DNA from: an uncultured Pseudomonadota bacterium
Lineage (GTDB): Bacteria; Pseudomonadota; Alphaproteobacteria; RF32; CAG-239
Assembly: GCA_949298065.1 (NCBI GenBank)
Contig: CASFUZ010000014.1
Span: 5,395 to 69,394 of the forward strand
Length of the DNA: 64,000 bases
Direction of reading: 5' to 3'
The notes under the pieces were generated by a model. It made no database searches, had not been told where the DNA came from, and was given only the letters and a program-made list of their open reading frames with translations. The translations under genes and the position numbers were made by a program. How positions within the stretch are numbered: position 1 is the first letter of the stretch; every line of letters starts with the position of its first letter. This document shows, in pieces, positions 1 to 9,290 of this stretch.

Positions 1-916
1 AATCGGTTATCCGGTTATTGTTAAAGCCACAGCTGGCGGCGGCGGTAAAGGTATGAAAATTGCCTTTAACGATGAGGAAATGAAAGAAGCCTATACAATG
101 GCCCGTGCCGAAGCCAAAGCTGCTTTCACCAGTGATGTTGTCTATATGGAAAAATACCTCCAAAAACCGCGTCATATTGAAATGCAGATTTTGGCCGATA
201 AATATGGTCATGTTGTTCACTTGGGCGAACGTGATTGTTCCATCCAACGCAACAACCAAAAAGTCATTGAAGAGAGCCCCTCTCCGGCATTAAACGAACA
301 ACAAAGAAAAGAGATTGGCGAGATTGTTCGTAAAGCCATTGAAAAAATTGGCTACACCAACGCCGGAACCTTGGAGTTCTTGTATGAAGACGGACGTTTC
401 TACTTTATGGAAATGAACACGCGTCTGCAGGTAGAACATCCGGTAACAGAAGCCGTTACGGGCATAGACATTGTTCGTGAGCAGATTCGTATTGCCAGCG
501 GTGCCGCTTTAGGCTACACCCAAGATGACATTTCCTTCTCCGGCCACGCCATTGAGTGTCGTATCAATGCTGAAGATCCGGAGACATTCATCCCCTGCCC
601 CGGTAAGATTACCGAATGGCATGCTCCGGGAGGCTTAGGAATTCGTGTAGATTCCGAAATTTATTCCGGCTATACGATTCCACCGTTTTATGACAGTATG
701 ATTGCCAAACTCATTGTTCACGGCAAAACGCGTAATGCAGCTTTAATGCGCCTACGTCGTGCTTTGGAAGAATTTGTTATTGAAGGTGTCAAAACCACCA
801 TTCCGCTGCATCAGGAAATCATTTCCCAAGCGGAATATATTGACGGACAATACAATATTCACTGGTTGGAACAGTTTATGGAAAAACTAAAACTAAAACA
901 AAACCAAAGCAAATAA
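1..916 (+). CDS. accC: acetyl-CoA carboxylase biotin carboxylase subunit, C-terminal part (5' end outside window; frame runs from base 2)
   Basis: Translation from base 2 reads IGYPVIVKATAGGGGKGMKIA. Typical biotin-carboxylase ATP-grasp and C-domain motifs (EMNTRLQVEHPVTE). Followed by hairpin terminator. Confidence 0.9.
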   Translation, partial: IGYPVIVKATAGGGGKGMKIAFNDEEMKEAYTMARAEAKAAFTSDVVYMEKYLQKPRHIEMQILADKYGHVVHLGERDCSIQRNNQKVIEESPSPALNEQQRKEIGEIVRKAIEKIGYTNAGTLEFLYEDGRFYFMEMNTRLQVEHPVTEAVTGIDIVREQIRIASGAALGYTQDDISFSGHAIECRINAEDPETFIPCPGKITEWHAPGGLGIRVDSEIYSGYTIPPFYDSMIAKLIVHGKTRNAALMRLRRALEEFVIEGVKTTIPLHQEIISQAEYIDGQYNIHWLEQFMEKLKLKQNQSK

Positions 917-923
917 CTATCAA

Positions 924-953
924 CAGCCCCAAAAAATCGGGGCTGTTTTTTTA
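924..953 (+). terminator. rho-independent terminator after accC
   Basis: cagcccc-aaaaaatc-ggggctg stem-loop followed by T8 run. Confidence 0.7.
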
Positions 954-989
954 TTATTTTCCTTCTATTATAAGTTACGGAGGTACAAA

Positions 990-1709
990 ATGGACACCAA
1001 ACTATCCTTACGAAACATTTTATGGGAAAGCGGCCTTTTCTTACGCCAGAATTATATTCTTTCATTGAGCTTTTTTCTTTTGGCTTATGCCGCCGTTTAT
1101 TACGCTCAGGCTCTAAACATTTCCACCAACCTGCCGATTGTTTTTGCTTACCTGATTTATACTTACTTTTTCTATTACTTTTTTGTTTGCTTTTATTTCA
1201 AACAAAAAATTTTGCTAAACAAGCGCCGTTTTGCCAATGCCTTAATCCGAATGGTTGCAATCCTTTTGTTGGCTTTTGCCACTTTGCTAATACTTAAAAT
1301 CGGTTTCAAAATTCTGTTCTTTCTGGCCGGAACATTACGAGCTTTTCCTGAGGTTTATGAACAATTACGCGATATCTACATCAACATTCTAATGTCCTCC
1401 TACTTCACATGGTTTTTATCCGCATTCGTATTCGTAATTCTGAGCTTCACGTTTTTCATTCCGGCCTTTGCATGGATATCTGCCGTAATCGGGAGAGATT
1501 CTTCCATCACCAGAAGTTTCGCCCGCACCAAAGGCAATTATTGCCGTTTAATACTGATGTTTTTGCTCATTTACGGAATTTTACCTTTAACAATTCTTTT
1601 ATTCAGGGGCTGTTCAGCAGGCGTTGTTGCGGCAGTTTCTGCAGCCATGAGCCTAATTCAAATCATCATTTATCTAAAGATTTACGAAAAATTTTATTCT
1701 CAAAACTAA
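990..1709 (+). CDS. hypothetical polytopic membrane protein
   Basis: 239-aa ORF, strongly hydrophobic with multiple predicted TM segments; no recognisable family. Confidence 0.5.
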   Translation: MDTKLSLRNILWESGLFLRQNYILSLSFFLLAYAAVYYAQALNISTNLPIVFAYLIYTYFFYYFFVCFYFKQKILLNKRRFANALIRMVAILLLAFATLLILKIGFKILFFLAGTLRAFPEVYEQLRDIYINILMSSYFTWFLSAFVFVILSFTFFIPAFAWISAVIGRDSSITRSFARTKGNYCRLILMFLLIYGILPLTILLFRGCSAGVVAAVSAAMSLIQIIIYLKIYEKFYSQN

Positions 1710-1715
1710 CCCACA

Positions 1716-1750
1716 AAAAAAACTCCGCAAATTCTGCGGAGTTTTTTCTT
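1716..1750. terminator. bidirectional intrinsic terminator between convergent genes
   Basis: ctccgcaa-attc-tgcggag hairpin flanked by A-run and T-run. Confidence 0.65.
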
Positions 1751-1764
1751 GAACCTAATAGGAG

Positions 1765-2928
1765 CTATGCTGCTTTAGAGTTTTTTTTAGCGGCAAAAGC
1801 GTTCATTGTTTCAATGATATAATCCTGAGATTCCTTATCCAAATACGGATGCATCGGAATACTCAAAACAGTCTTAGCCAACTTCTCACAAACCGGCAAT
1901 GAACGAGTATTCCATTTAGCATAAGCAGTCTGCGTATTAACCGGACGCGGATAATAAGCTCCGCAAGGAATACCGTTTTCTTTCAAATAAGCCATCAATT
2001 CATCACGATCTTCGCAGGTAATGGTATAAAGAGCATAAGCTGACTTGCAGTTATCCAAAACTTTTTGTTTGCCAAAATAAACATCCAAGTTATCATCATA
2101 GCGTTTTGCAATAGTATAGCGATCTTTAAGCTCTTGGTCAAATACCTTCAATTTTTGCAAAACAACGGCAGCTTGGAAAGAATTCATACGACCGGTCATA
2201 CCCAAGCGAACATTATCATAGTGATCTTCAGGGCTCATACCATGAACACGGCAAGACTTAACCAACTCATTTTCGGTCATATTATTGGTAAATACGGCTC
2301 CACCATCACCATAAGCAGCCAACGGTTTCGTTGGATAGAAGCTGGTAGCTGTCATATCAGCAATGTTACCGGCACGTTTGCCATGATATTCAGAGCCATA
2401 GCTTTGAGCGGCATCAGACAAAACTTTCATACCGTTAGAGTGAGCAATCTTCATAATCTCATCATAGTTGCAGGGGTTACCGAAGATATCAACGGCAATA
2501 ACGGCTTTAAGATTAAGCTTACCCTCTTTCTTAACATTGGCAATAGCCTTTTCCAAATCTTTCGGATCCATATCAAAAGTATCAGGATCTGAATCAACAA
2601 AAATCGGAGTAGCACCAACGATGGCCACACATTCAGCAGAAGCAACGAAAGTGAAAGAAGAAACAAATACGGCATCACCCGGCTTAACATCCCAAGCCAT
2701 CAAGGCAAGGGTCAAAGCATCAGTACCGGAACCGCAGGTAGAGCAATATTTTGTTCCGGAATAAGCAGCCAATTTTTCATCCAATTCGCGGCACTCAGGT
2801 CCTTGAGCATAACCGCCGTGGTTCAAAATCGTTTCAAAAGCTTTCAAGAAGTTTTCCTGACCGATTACTTTCTGCGAAGCCTGAACATCAAACAGATTAA
2901 TCGGTTTAGAAGGTTTATTAGTCATCAT
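1765..2928 (-). CDS. DegT/DnrJ/EryC1/StrS-family PLP-dependent sugar aminotransferase
   Basis: Start taken at MMTNKPSK (ATG at 2926-2928), not the long upstream extension of the ORF track. Family hallmarks across the length: GPECRELDEKLAAY, SGTDAL, and the SxxxxK region. Confidence 0.85.
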   Translation of the reverse strand: MMTNKPSKPINLFDVQASQKVIGQENFLKAFETILNHGGYAQGPECRELDEKLAAYSGTKYCSTCGSGTDALTLALMAWDVKPGDAVFVSSFTFVASAECVAIVGATPIFVDSDPDTFDMDPKDLEKAIANVKKEGKLNLKAVIAVDIFGNPCNYDEIMKIAHSNGMKVLSDAAQSYGSEYHGKRAGNIADMTATSFYPTKPLAAYGDGGAVFTNNMTENELVKSCRVHGMSPEDHYDNVRLGMTGRMNSFQAAVVLQKLKVFDQELKDRYTIAKRYDDNLDVYFGKQKVLDNCKSAYALYTITCEDRDELMAYLKENGIPCGAYYPRPVNTQTAYAKWNTRSLPVCEKLAKTVLSIPMHPYLDKESQDYIIETMNAFAAKKNSKAA

Positions 2929-3103
2929 AAAATTCCTTTTCGTTGTAAGTTTTAACTGGAAGTGATAGTAGGGCAAAAAAAAACTGAATGCAAAACACAA
3001 AAAATTTCGGCTTTGTAACAAAAGAAAAAAAACATTCTCTTTCATCCCAAAACAAACAATTTTGTTGATTTACATAAAATTATTGCTATATTAAGAATGA
3101 TTT

Positions 3104-3931
3104 TTGCAAAAACCCAGAATAAGGAATTATCCCTTGCGTGGAAAATACAGAATATTGGCAGCCTGTTCACTCATTGCGCTAACGGTTGCCTCCTGCGCCA
3201 ACCCGAATGACAGAACTTCATCTATGCCCGCGGATGAACATCCGACACTTGAAGCATACAATCGTAAAATGTTTGAGTTCAACTATCAGGTTGACAAATA
3301 TGTTTTGAAGCCGACAGCCAAAGGCTATCGTGCGATTACAACGCCATACATTCGCGAACGCGTAAACAATGCACTTGCCAACATCAAAGAACCTATCTCT
3401 GCTTTCAACCACTTGCTGCAAGGCGAGTTCAAAGAAAGCGGCGTTAACTTATCTCGTTTGGTAATTAACTCCACCTTAGGTCTGGCCGGTATGTATGATG
3501 TTGCCGGCGGCTGGGGCTTAAAACCCTCCAAAGCAGGCTTTGATGAAACCTTAGCAAGATGGTGTATTAAGGATGGTCCATTTATTGTTTTACCGCTGTT
3601 AGGCCCTGCAACACCGCGTTCCACGGTCGGTATGGCTGTAGACAGCTTAACCAACCCTGTTTTCTTAGCCACACTGAATGCTCCGGCAGATGTTAAAGAT
3701 AAAATATATTACGGATACTCTGCGGTTTCGGTCATAGCGCTTCGCGAGTCTGCACTGGATTTACTGGATGATTTGGAAAGAAATTCGGTTGATTATTACA
3801 CGACCATGCGTTCCGCCTTTTTACAAAACCGTCAAAATCAAAATTGCATAAACGGCGATGAAAACATCTCTTACGACTTTGACTTTGGCTTTGAGGAAGA
3901 AGACCAAATTTTTGATGAAATGAACAACTAA
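3104..3931 (+). CDS. mlaA: MlaA/VacJ-family outer-membrane lipoprotein (phospholipid asymmetry maintenance)
   Basis: Signal peptide with lipobox (LTVASC). VacJ core motifs: KPTAKGYRAITTPYIRERVNNALANIKEP, NSTLGLAGMYDVAG. Confidence 0.85.
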   Translation: MQKPRIRNYPLRGKYRILAACSLIALTVASCANPNDRTSSMPADEHPTLEAYNRKMFEFNYQVDKYVLKPTAKGYRAITTPYIRERVNNALANIKEPISAFNHLLQGEFKESGVNLSRLVINSTLGLAGMYDVAGGWGLKPSKAGFDETLARWCIKDGPFIVLPLLGPATPRSTVGMAVDSLTNPVFLATLNAPADVKDKIYYGYSAVSVIALRESALDLLDDLERNSVDYYTTMRSAFLQNRQNQNCINGDENISYDFDFGFEEEDQIFDEMNN

Positions 3932-3952
3932 CGGACTGGAGAATAACAAAAT

Positions 3953-4558
3953 ATGAAAAAGAACTTATTTGCCGCAATTTTTGCCTCAATCTTTATGTTT
4001 TCAGCTACGGCAAATGCAGCTGTTGATGCTGCAAAAGCTGAGGAATTTGTACAAAAAGTAACCAAAGAAGGCATTGAAGACATTATCAACGCCAATGTTT
4101 CACAAACCGTTAAAGACGAACGCTTTGAAAAACTTTTTAACAATGCTTTGGACTTAAATTTTATCGGTCAATTTGTACTGGGACGCTACTGGAGAACAGC
4201 TACGGCTGAACAGAAAAAAGAATTTATCAGCGCTTACCGCGAACTCAATATCAAAACATGGTCGCAGCGTTTTGATGAGTTCAAAGGCAAAAACTTCATT
4301 TTTAAAGGCACAACACCGTCTAACACCGCCAATCAGGTTTTTGTAAACTCTGTTGTCCCGATGGATCAAGGCGAGCCTGCAAAAGTTGTATGGCGTGTTA
4401 AGCAAACCGGCAATAATTTCAAAATTGTTGATATTATCATTGAGAATGTCAGCTTAGCCATCACCGCTCGCAATGAATATACGGCTTATATAAAAACAGC
4501 CCCCGGCGGGATTGATGACTTGATTAAGGACTTGCAAAACAAAACCAAGAAAGCATAA
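3953..4558 (+). CDS. mlaC: MlaC/Ttg2D-family periplasmic phospholipid-binding protein
   Basis: Signal peptide. MlaC-like pattern (FIGQFVLGRYWRTATAEQKKEF...WRVKQTGNNFKIVDIIIENVSL). Directly downstream of mlaA. Confidence 0.75.
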   Translation: MKKNLFAAIFASIFMFSATANAAVDAAKAEEFVQKVTKEGIEDIINANVSQTVKDERFEKLFNNALDLNFIGQFVLGRYWRTATAEQKKEFISAYRELNIKTWSQRFDEFKGKNFIFKGTTPSNTANQVFVNSVVPMDQGEPAKVVWRVKQTGNNFKIVDIIIENVSLAITARNEYTAYIKTAPGGIDDLIKDLQNKTKKA

Positions 4559-4562
4559 AAAC

Positions 4563-4592
4563 TCAAAGCCCCGCCAAAGCGGGGCTTTTCAT
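4563..4592. terminator. intrinsic terminator after mlaC
   Basis: aagccccgc-caaa-gcggggctt hairpin then T-run. Confidence 0.7.
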
Positions 4593-4753
4593 TACTGCTG
4601 TTGTCCGGTAGCTGTTTCCTGAACTTGCTCAACGACTTCAACAACTTCGGGCGCATTTTCTTCAGCCTGCCAACCATCATAAACCCCTCGGCCGACCAGA
4701 TAAAACACCACCAATAAAACGGCATAAAAAATATACTTCAAAACAGTTCCCAT
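4592..4753 (-). CDS. small (53 aa) single-TM protein with acidic/Gln-rich tail
   Basis: Below the 60-aa cutoff of the ORF track. Perfect Shine-Dalgarno AGGAGG 5 nt upstream of the ATG. N-terminal TM helix. Confidence 0.4.
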   Translation of the reverse strand: MGTVLKYIFYAVLLVVFYLVGRGVYDGWQAEENAPEVVEVVEQVQETATGQQQ

Positions 4754-4880
4754 TTAAGCCTCCTGATAAAAAGATTCATACGCCGATACACATAATCACC
4801 TTTTAATAACTTTCAAGTCTGAGCACAAAAAAAGCCCCTTGGCTAAAAAGCTAAGAGACTCTTGTACGGTTTGTTTGGAA

Positions 4881-5066
4881 CTAGCAGAGCCACCACTGAC
4901 TGGGCCTGTTGTTCCAAGAAAACCCAAAATAAAATCCGGCCGCGATAATGCAAAGACCGAATAAATACCACTTTTCGGAAACTTCAGATGCAAAAAGCAC
5001 CATAATTCCGAAAAAGATACAATACAAAGCAGCGAAGAGGCTGCTGAAAAATTTAATCTTTTTCAT
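4881..5066 (-). CDS. small hypothetical membrane protein (61 aa)
   Basis: Short hydrophobic ORF; weak support. Confidence 0.25.
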   Translation of the reverse strand: MKKIKFFSSLFAALYCIFFGIMVLFASEVSEKWYLFGLCIIAAGFYFGFSWNNRPSQWWLC

Positions 5067-5177
5067 TTTTTTTATTTTAGTTAAACATAAAAATTAACAT
5101 ATATCTAATCACTTAAAAAAGAAAAATAGTACAATCTTGCTAATGCGTCAACACTTTTTGTCAAATTTACGTCAACA

Positions 5178-5212
5178 AAAAAAAGGCTCTGATTTCACAG
5201 AGCCTTTTTTAT
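5178..5212. terminator. bidirectional intrinsic terminator
   Basis: aggctctg-atttca-cagagcct hairpin flanked by A8 and T6. Confidence 0.65.
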
Positions 5213-5229
5213 TATTATAATCCAATAAG

Positions 5230-6198
5230 CTATGCGCCCTCGCCTTCTGCCGGAGTAGCATCACTTGCCGGCGCGCTTCCCGGAACATTTAAAGTGCCGA
5301 TAGCCTTTTTGCGCTTAAGCTTATTCACAAACTTAATGGAGCGCTGTGCATCCCATTTTTTCTTGCCTTCTTCGCGTTGGAAAATCTGCTTATAAACCTC
5401 AATCGCTTGGTCAAACTCCGACAACTTGGTCAAGCAACTTGCCAAACCGTCATATAATTTATGATGATAACGATTATTAATCATCATCTGTGCTTTTTTA
5501 TAGCACTTCAGCGCATCATTAAACTTAAGCATTTTTTGATAAACAAAACCAATACTGATCCATGCCTGAATCTCATGGCTGTCAATATTCAAAATTTTGG
5601 TAAAACATTTCAAAGCAGAGTTATTGTCGCCCATCAACTGATAGGTAACACCGACACCGTTCCAAGCTTTAATATTGGTTTTGTCATTAGATAAAACTTT
5701 TTTGAAGAAAGAAATAGCACGTTCATACTGTTTCAGCTTTTGTAACGTAACGGCAATGCTCAACAAGGTTTGTGTATGCTTGTTGTCAATTTTCATTGCC
5801 TGCTCCAAAACATCCAGAGCTTCTTTGTAAGAGAACATATGTTGAAGCGCAATGGCTTTACCGTTCAGTGCCTCCAAAGAGGTCTGATCAATAGCCACAG
5901 CTTCATCAAAGCATGCAATCGCGTCTTTATACAAGCCGCGCATACTTAGTGTAACGCCCTTATTATTCAGCACCTCGACCGATTGCGGATTAATCTGCAA
6001 TGCCTTATCAAAACACTCCACGGCATCAGTATACCGACTCATTTTCTGATAAGCGAAGCCTTTGCTGTTAAGCGCCTTCCATGATTTAGGTTGTTCATTA
6101 ATTGCGATATCAAACTGCTCAATCGCTTCCTTATACAACCCTTGGTCAAGCAATTCTTGCCCTCTTTTATATGCACTATTTTCGTTTGATTTAACCAT
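5230..6198 (-). CDS. TPR-repeat protein (BatC-like position in the MoxR operon)
   Basis: Multiple 34-aa TPR units (W/L-G-Y/A-F-A-P spacing). Downstream of DUF58 and MoxR genes. Confidence 0.7.
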   Translation of the reverse strand: MVKSNENSAYKRGQELLDQGLYKEAIEQFDIAINEQPKSWKALNSKGFAYQKMSRYTDAVECFDKALQINPQSVEVLNNKGVTLSMRGLYKDAIACFDEAVAIDQTSLEALNGKAIALQHMFSYKEALDVLEQAMKIDNKHTQTLLSIAVTLQKLKQYERAISFFKKVLSNDKTNIKAWNGVGVTYQLMGDNNSALKCFTKILNIDSHEIQAWISIGFVYQKMLKFNDALKCYKKAQMMINNRYHHKLYDGLASCLTKLSEFDQAIEVYKQIFQREEGKKKWDAQRSIKFVNKLKRKKAIGTLNVPGSAPASDATPAEGEGA

Positions 6199-6294
6199 AT
6201 TTTTTCTCTTTTCAAATTATAGTTACAAAATAATTTAGTTTAAGACATATCACTTTTGCCCCAAACTGTCAAGATTCCCCGCTCAAAAAAGACT

Positions 6295-7245
6295 CTAGCG
6301 GTGCATTAAAACTTTGTAAAAAGGTCCTTCGTCTGTGCGCACCGGAATATACCGACAGGCAAACTTGCGGCAAAAATCGCGTAAAGCTTGGCGTTTTGCG
6401 GCAAAATAAGCGTGATAAGTGTTGCGAAACCCCTTAGACTTTGTTTCAAAAACCACGTGTTCCTTGCCTTCCGCCGCCATATATTCACCGGCTTTTGGCG
6501 CATTATCTTCCAACACATCATATACATTCACACAATAGACTTGCGCTTTTTTGCTCAATGTTGCCAAGGCTTTTTTGTCTGCCTCGTCAAAACCGTAAAA
6601 ATCGCTGATGACAAAGACCGCCGCCCGGCTCTTAAGTCCGGCTTGCAAAACCTGCAAAGGCTTTGCCAATCGTCCCTCGTTGCGTTGTTTCAGAACCAAA
6701 GCGCTAACCTCTGAGATTTTTTTCAACACAGCCATCATTCCGGCGCGGCTGTTTTGGGGCTTAAAAACATAAGTTTCCTTGCCGTCATAAATCAGACAAC
6801 CGAATCTGTCCTTGTTTTCCAAACTCAACCAACCGAACAAAGCCGCAATTTTCGCCGCAGCCACCGATTTTAGCTCAACTTTTGTACCAAAGACCATAGA
6901 GGCGGACAAGTCCAACAAAACATAAATCTCGCGGTCTTTTTCTTCCGCAAAGAGTTTGGTATAAGGCTTTTGCTTGCGCGCCGTAACCCGCCAGTCAATA
7001 TCGCGGACATCATCACCGAAAGCATAGCTCCGAATCTCCTCAAACTCCATTCCCCGCCCCTTAAAAGCCGACTTCACATCTCCGGCTCGGGCAGATACCA
7101 CATTGCTGAACTGATAGTTTTTTAGATAAGGCACAAAGCGGCGTTGCTCCATCAACTCTTCCAAAGAAGCATACAAACCATTGCCCAAAGGCTTAACATC
7201 TTTCGGCTTAAAAAGTTTTTCGGTTAATTTCTTGAGCTTTCCCAT
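6295..7245 (-). CDS. DUF58-domain protein (MoxR-associated, vWA-like fold)
   Basis: DVRDIDWRVTARKQKPYTKLFAEEKDREIYVLLDLSASM is typical of DUF58. Immediately downstream of MoxR ATPase. Confidence 0.8.
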   Translation of the reverse strand: MGKLKKLTEKLFKPKDVKPLGNGLYASLEELMEQRRFVPYLKNYQFSNVVSARAGDVKSAFKGRGMEFEEIRSYAFGDDVRDIDWRVTARKQKPYTKLFAEEKDREIYVLLDLSASMVFGTKVELKSVAAAKIAALFGWLSLENKDRFGCLIYDGKETYVFKPQNSRAGMMAVLKKISEVSALVLKQRNEGRLAKPLQVLQAGLKSRAAVFVISDFYGFDEADKKALATLSKKAQVYCVNVYDVLEDNAPKAGEYMAAEGKEHVVFETKSKGFRNTYHAYFAAKRQALRDFCRKFACRYIPVRTDEGPFYKVLMHR

Positions 7246-7275
7246 ACGGACTCGCTTTCTTAAAATTTTCTAACC

Positions 7276-8253
7276 TTAAGGCAGCGGAACAGTCCGAAGC
7301 AAAGTTGCAATGATATCATCGGTCGTAACCCCTTCGGCCTGAGCCTCAAAGGTCAGGATAATACGGTGCCGCAACACATCATAAACCACGGCATGAATAT
7401 CTTCCGGCGTAACAAAATCCCGATTATTCAGCCAAGCATTGATTTTCGCACATTTATCCAAGGCGATTGTTGCACGCGGGCTGGCGCCGAACTGAACAAA
7501 ACCGGCCAGCTTAGCATCATATTTTTCCGGCTGTCTGGTAGCCATAATCAGCTGCACCAAATATTCCTCAATAGCCTCACTCATATGCACTTGCAAAACT
7601 TCTTTCCGCGCCGCCAAAATATCCGCGACTTCCAAAGCGGCAAAAGTTTTTGCCTGCTCAGCTCCATCATTGGCACAACCGTCTTCGCCACGCACCAAGC
7701 GCAGAATTTTTTTCTCGGCGGCCGCATCAGGCTGGTTTATTTTAACATACATCAAAAAGCGGTCCAACTGCGCTTCCGGCAAGTTATACGTTCCCTCATG
7801 CTCAATCGGGTTTTGCGTTGCCATAACCATAAATAGCTCCGGAAGAGCATAACGTTTGCCGCCCATACTGACTTGCCGCTCGGCCATCGCCTCCAACAAA
7901 GCGGATTGAACCTTTGCCGGCGCACGGTTAATTTCATCTGCCAAAACCAAGTTTGCAAAAATCGGACCTTTGCGAAATTCAAAATTTCCGGTTGCAGCCA
8001 CATATATCTCACTTCCCGTAATATCAGACGGCAGCAAATCCGGCGTAAACTGAATACGATTATATTGCGCTTTCACACAACCTGCCAAAGTCTTAATAGC
8101 TTTTGTTTTGGCTAACCCCGGCGCACCTTCCACCAAAGCATGTCCGTCCGCCAAAAGCGTAATCAGAAGTTTTTTGACCAAATCTTCTTGGCCGATAATT
8201 TTTGTTTCCATAAAATTTTTAAGCGAAATCAGCTTTTCTCTGAGTTCAGACAT
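7276..8253 (-). CDS. MoxR-family AAA+ ATPase
   Basis: Walker A GAPGLAKT, Walker B/sensor motifs, MoxR-typical length (325 aa). Confidence 0.9.
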   Translation of the reverse strand: MSELREKLISLKNFMETKIIGQEDLVKKLLITLLADGHALVEGAPGLAKTKAIKTLAGCVKAQYNRIQFTPDLLPSDITGSEIYVAATGNFEFRKGPIFANLVLADEINRAPAKVQSALLEAMAERQVSMGGKRYALPELFMVMATQNPIEHEGTYNLPEAQLDRFLMYVKINQPDAAAEKKILRLVRGEDGCANDGAEQAKTFAALEVADILAARKEVLQVHMSEAIEEYLVQLIMATRQPEKYDAKLAGFVQFGASPRATIALDKCAKINAWLNNRDFVTPEDIHAVVYDVLRHRIILTFEAQAEGVTTDDIIATLLRTVPLP

Positions 8254-8271
8254 CTACTTTCATCCCTTCCG

Positions 8272-9213
8272 TTAATTAGCCATAATCCGATTCAAAAAAT
8301 TATAATACTCGTCCAAAACCGCTTTTTTCATATCTTCGTTGCCCAAGAAATCAAACAATTCAATAGAGCGTTTATAATGGGCGCGCGCACGGTCAAAGTC
8401 GCCTTGTTCGCGATCATAAGCCTCCACCCTTGCTAAATAAAGCAACGATTCCGCCTCGGCAAAATGGTGCGAAACTTTGCCATACAGATAAACGGATTTC
8501 ATTAACGCCTTGCGCGCATTGGCAATATCTCTGATAATATAACGCAAGCAACCGATTGCCGACAATGCGCTTGCTTCACCGAGCAAGTCGCCGTTTTCGC
8601 GATAAAGATTACGGCATTTTTCCAACAAATCATGCGCCACGTCATAGTTCTTGTTTTTCATCTCAATTCTTGCAATCGCACGCAAAGTTGAAGCTTCCTT
8701 AAGCGAGTTGTGGTCTTGCTCAAACAAATCCGCCGCTTTGCGATAAGCCTGCAAAGCATCCTTTTCTTTGTTCAACATTAGATAAATATAAGCCTCGTGG
8801 TCATAAGCATCGCCGAGCAAATCAAGATTATCAATCGCGCTCAATACTTCCTGTGCCCGATGTATGGTTGCGATTGCTCCGGTTGTATTACCGTCTGCGG
8901 CTTGTACTTTGGATAATTTGATAAGTGCATCGCCATAAGTATTCTGCCCATCAATAAAGTTTTTGACCAGCTCTATGGAAGCATTTAATGCTTTGGCAGA
9001 AGCCTCATAATTTTCAAGACTGAGTTCCAATTCACCGAGTCTGGACAAAGCAAAAGCCTCCCCCTCAACATCGTTTTTTTCATCATAAAGACCGGCTGAT
9101 TTTTCATAACAGGAGCGTGCTTCGTCATATTTGCCGGCATGCCAGAAATTATCCCCTTCCTGAAAAACTTGAGACGCTTGAGTAACATATTTTCCCTGAC
9201 TTGTTCTCGGCAT
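8272..9213 (-). CDS. TPR-repeat protein
   Basis: Start taken at MPRTSQ (ATG 9211-9213); the ORF-track extension would overlap the divergent uvrD start. Tandem TPR units. Confidence 0.65.
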   Translation of the reverse strand: MPRTSQGKYVTQASQVFQEGDNFWHAGKYDEARSCYEKSAGLYDEKNDVEGEAFALSRLGELELSLENYEASAKALNASIELVKNFIDGQNTYGDALIKLSKVQAADGNTTGAIATIHRAQEVLSAIDNLDLLGDAYDHEAYIYLMLNKEKDALQAYRKAADLFEQDHNSLKEASTLRAIARIEMKNKNYDVAHDLLEKCRNLYRENGDLLGEASALSAIGCLRYIIRDIANARKALMKSVYLYGKVSHHFAEAESLLYLARVEAYDREQGDFDRARAHYKRSIELFDFLGNEDMKKAVLDEYYNFLNRIMAN

Positions 9214-9290
9214 AATAAAAACTCCTTTTAATTCATTTAATATTATTATATATATTTCGTAATAAGCAAAAAAACAAGAAGTAATAAAAA

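Noticed and set aside
1765-3045. Long N-terminal extensions in ORF-track models (DegT-like 1765-3045, ROK 12799-13920, rfbA 22937-23887, YgiW 13799-14236, TPR 8272-9330)
   Set aside because: Internal ATGs with better RBS and family-typical N-termini were chosen. The extensions are AT-rich read-through of the stop-free upstream region.
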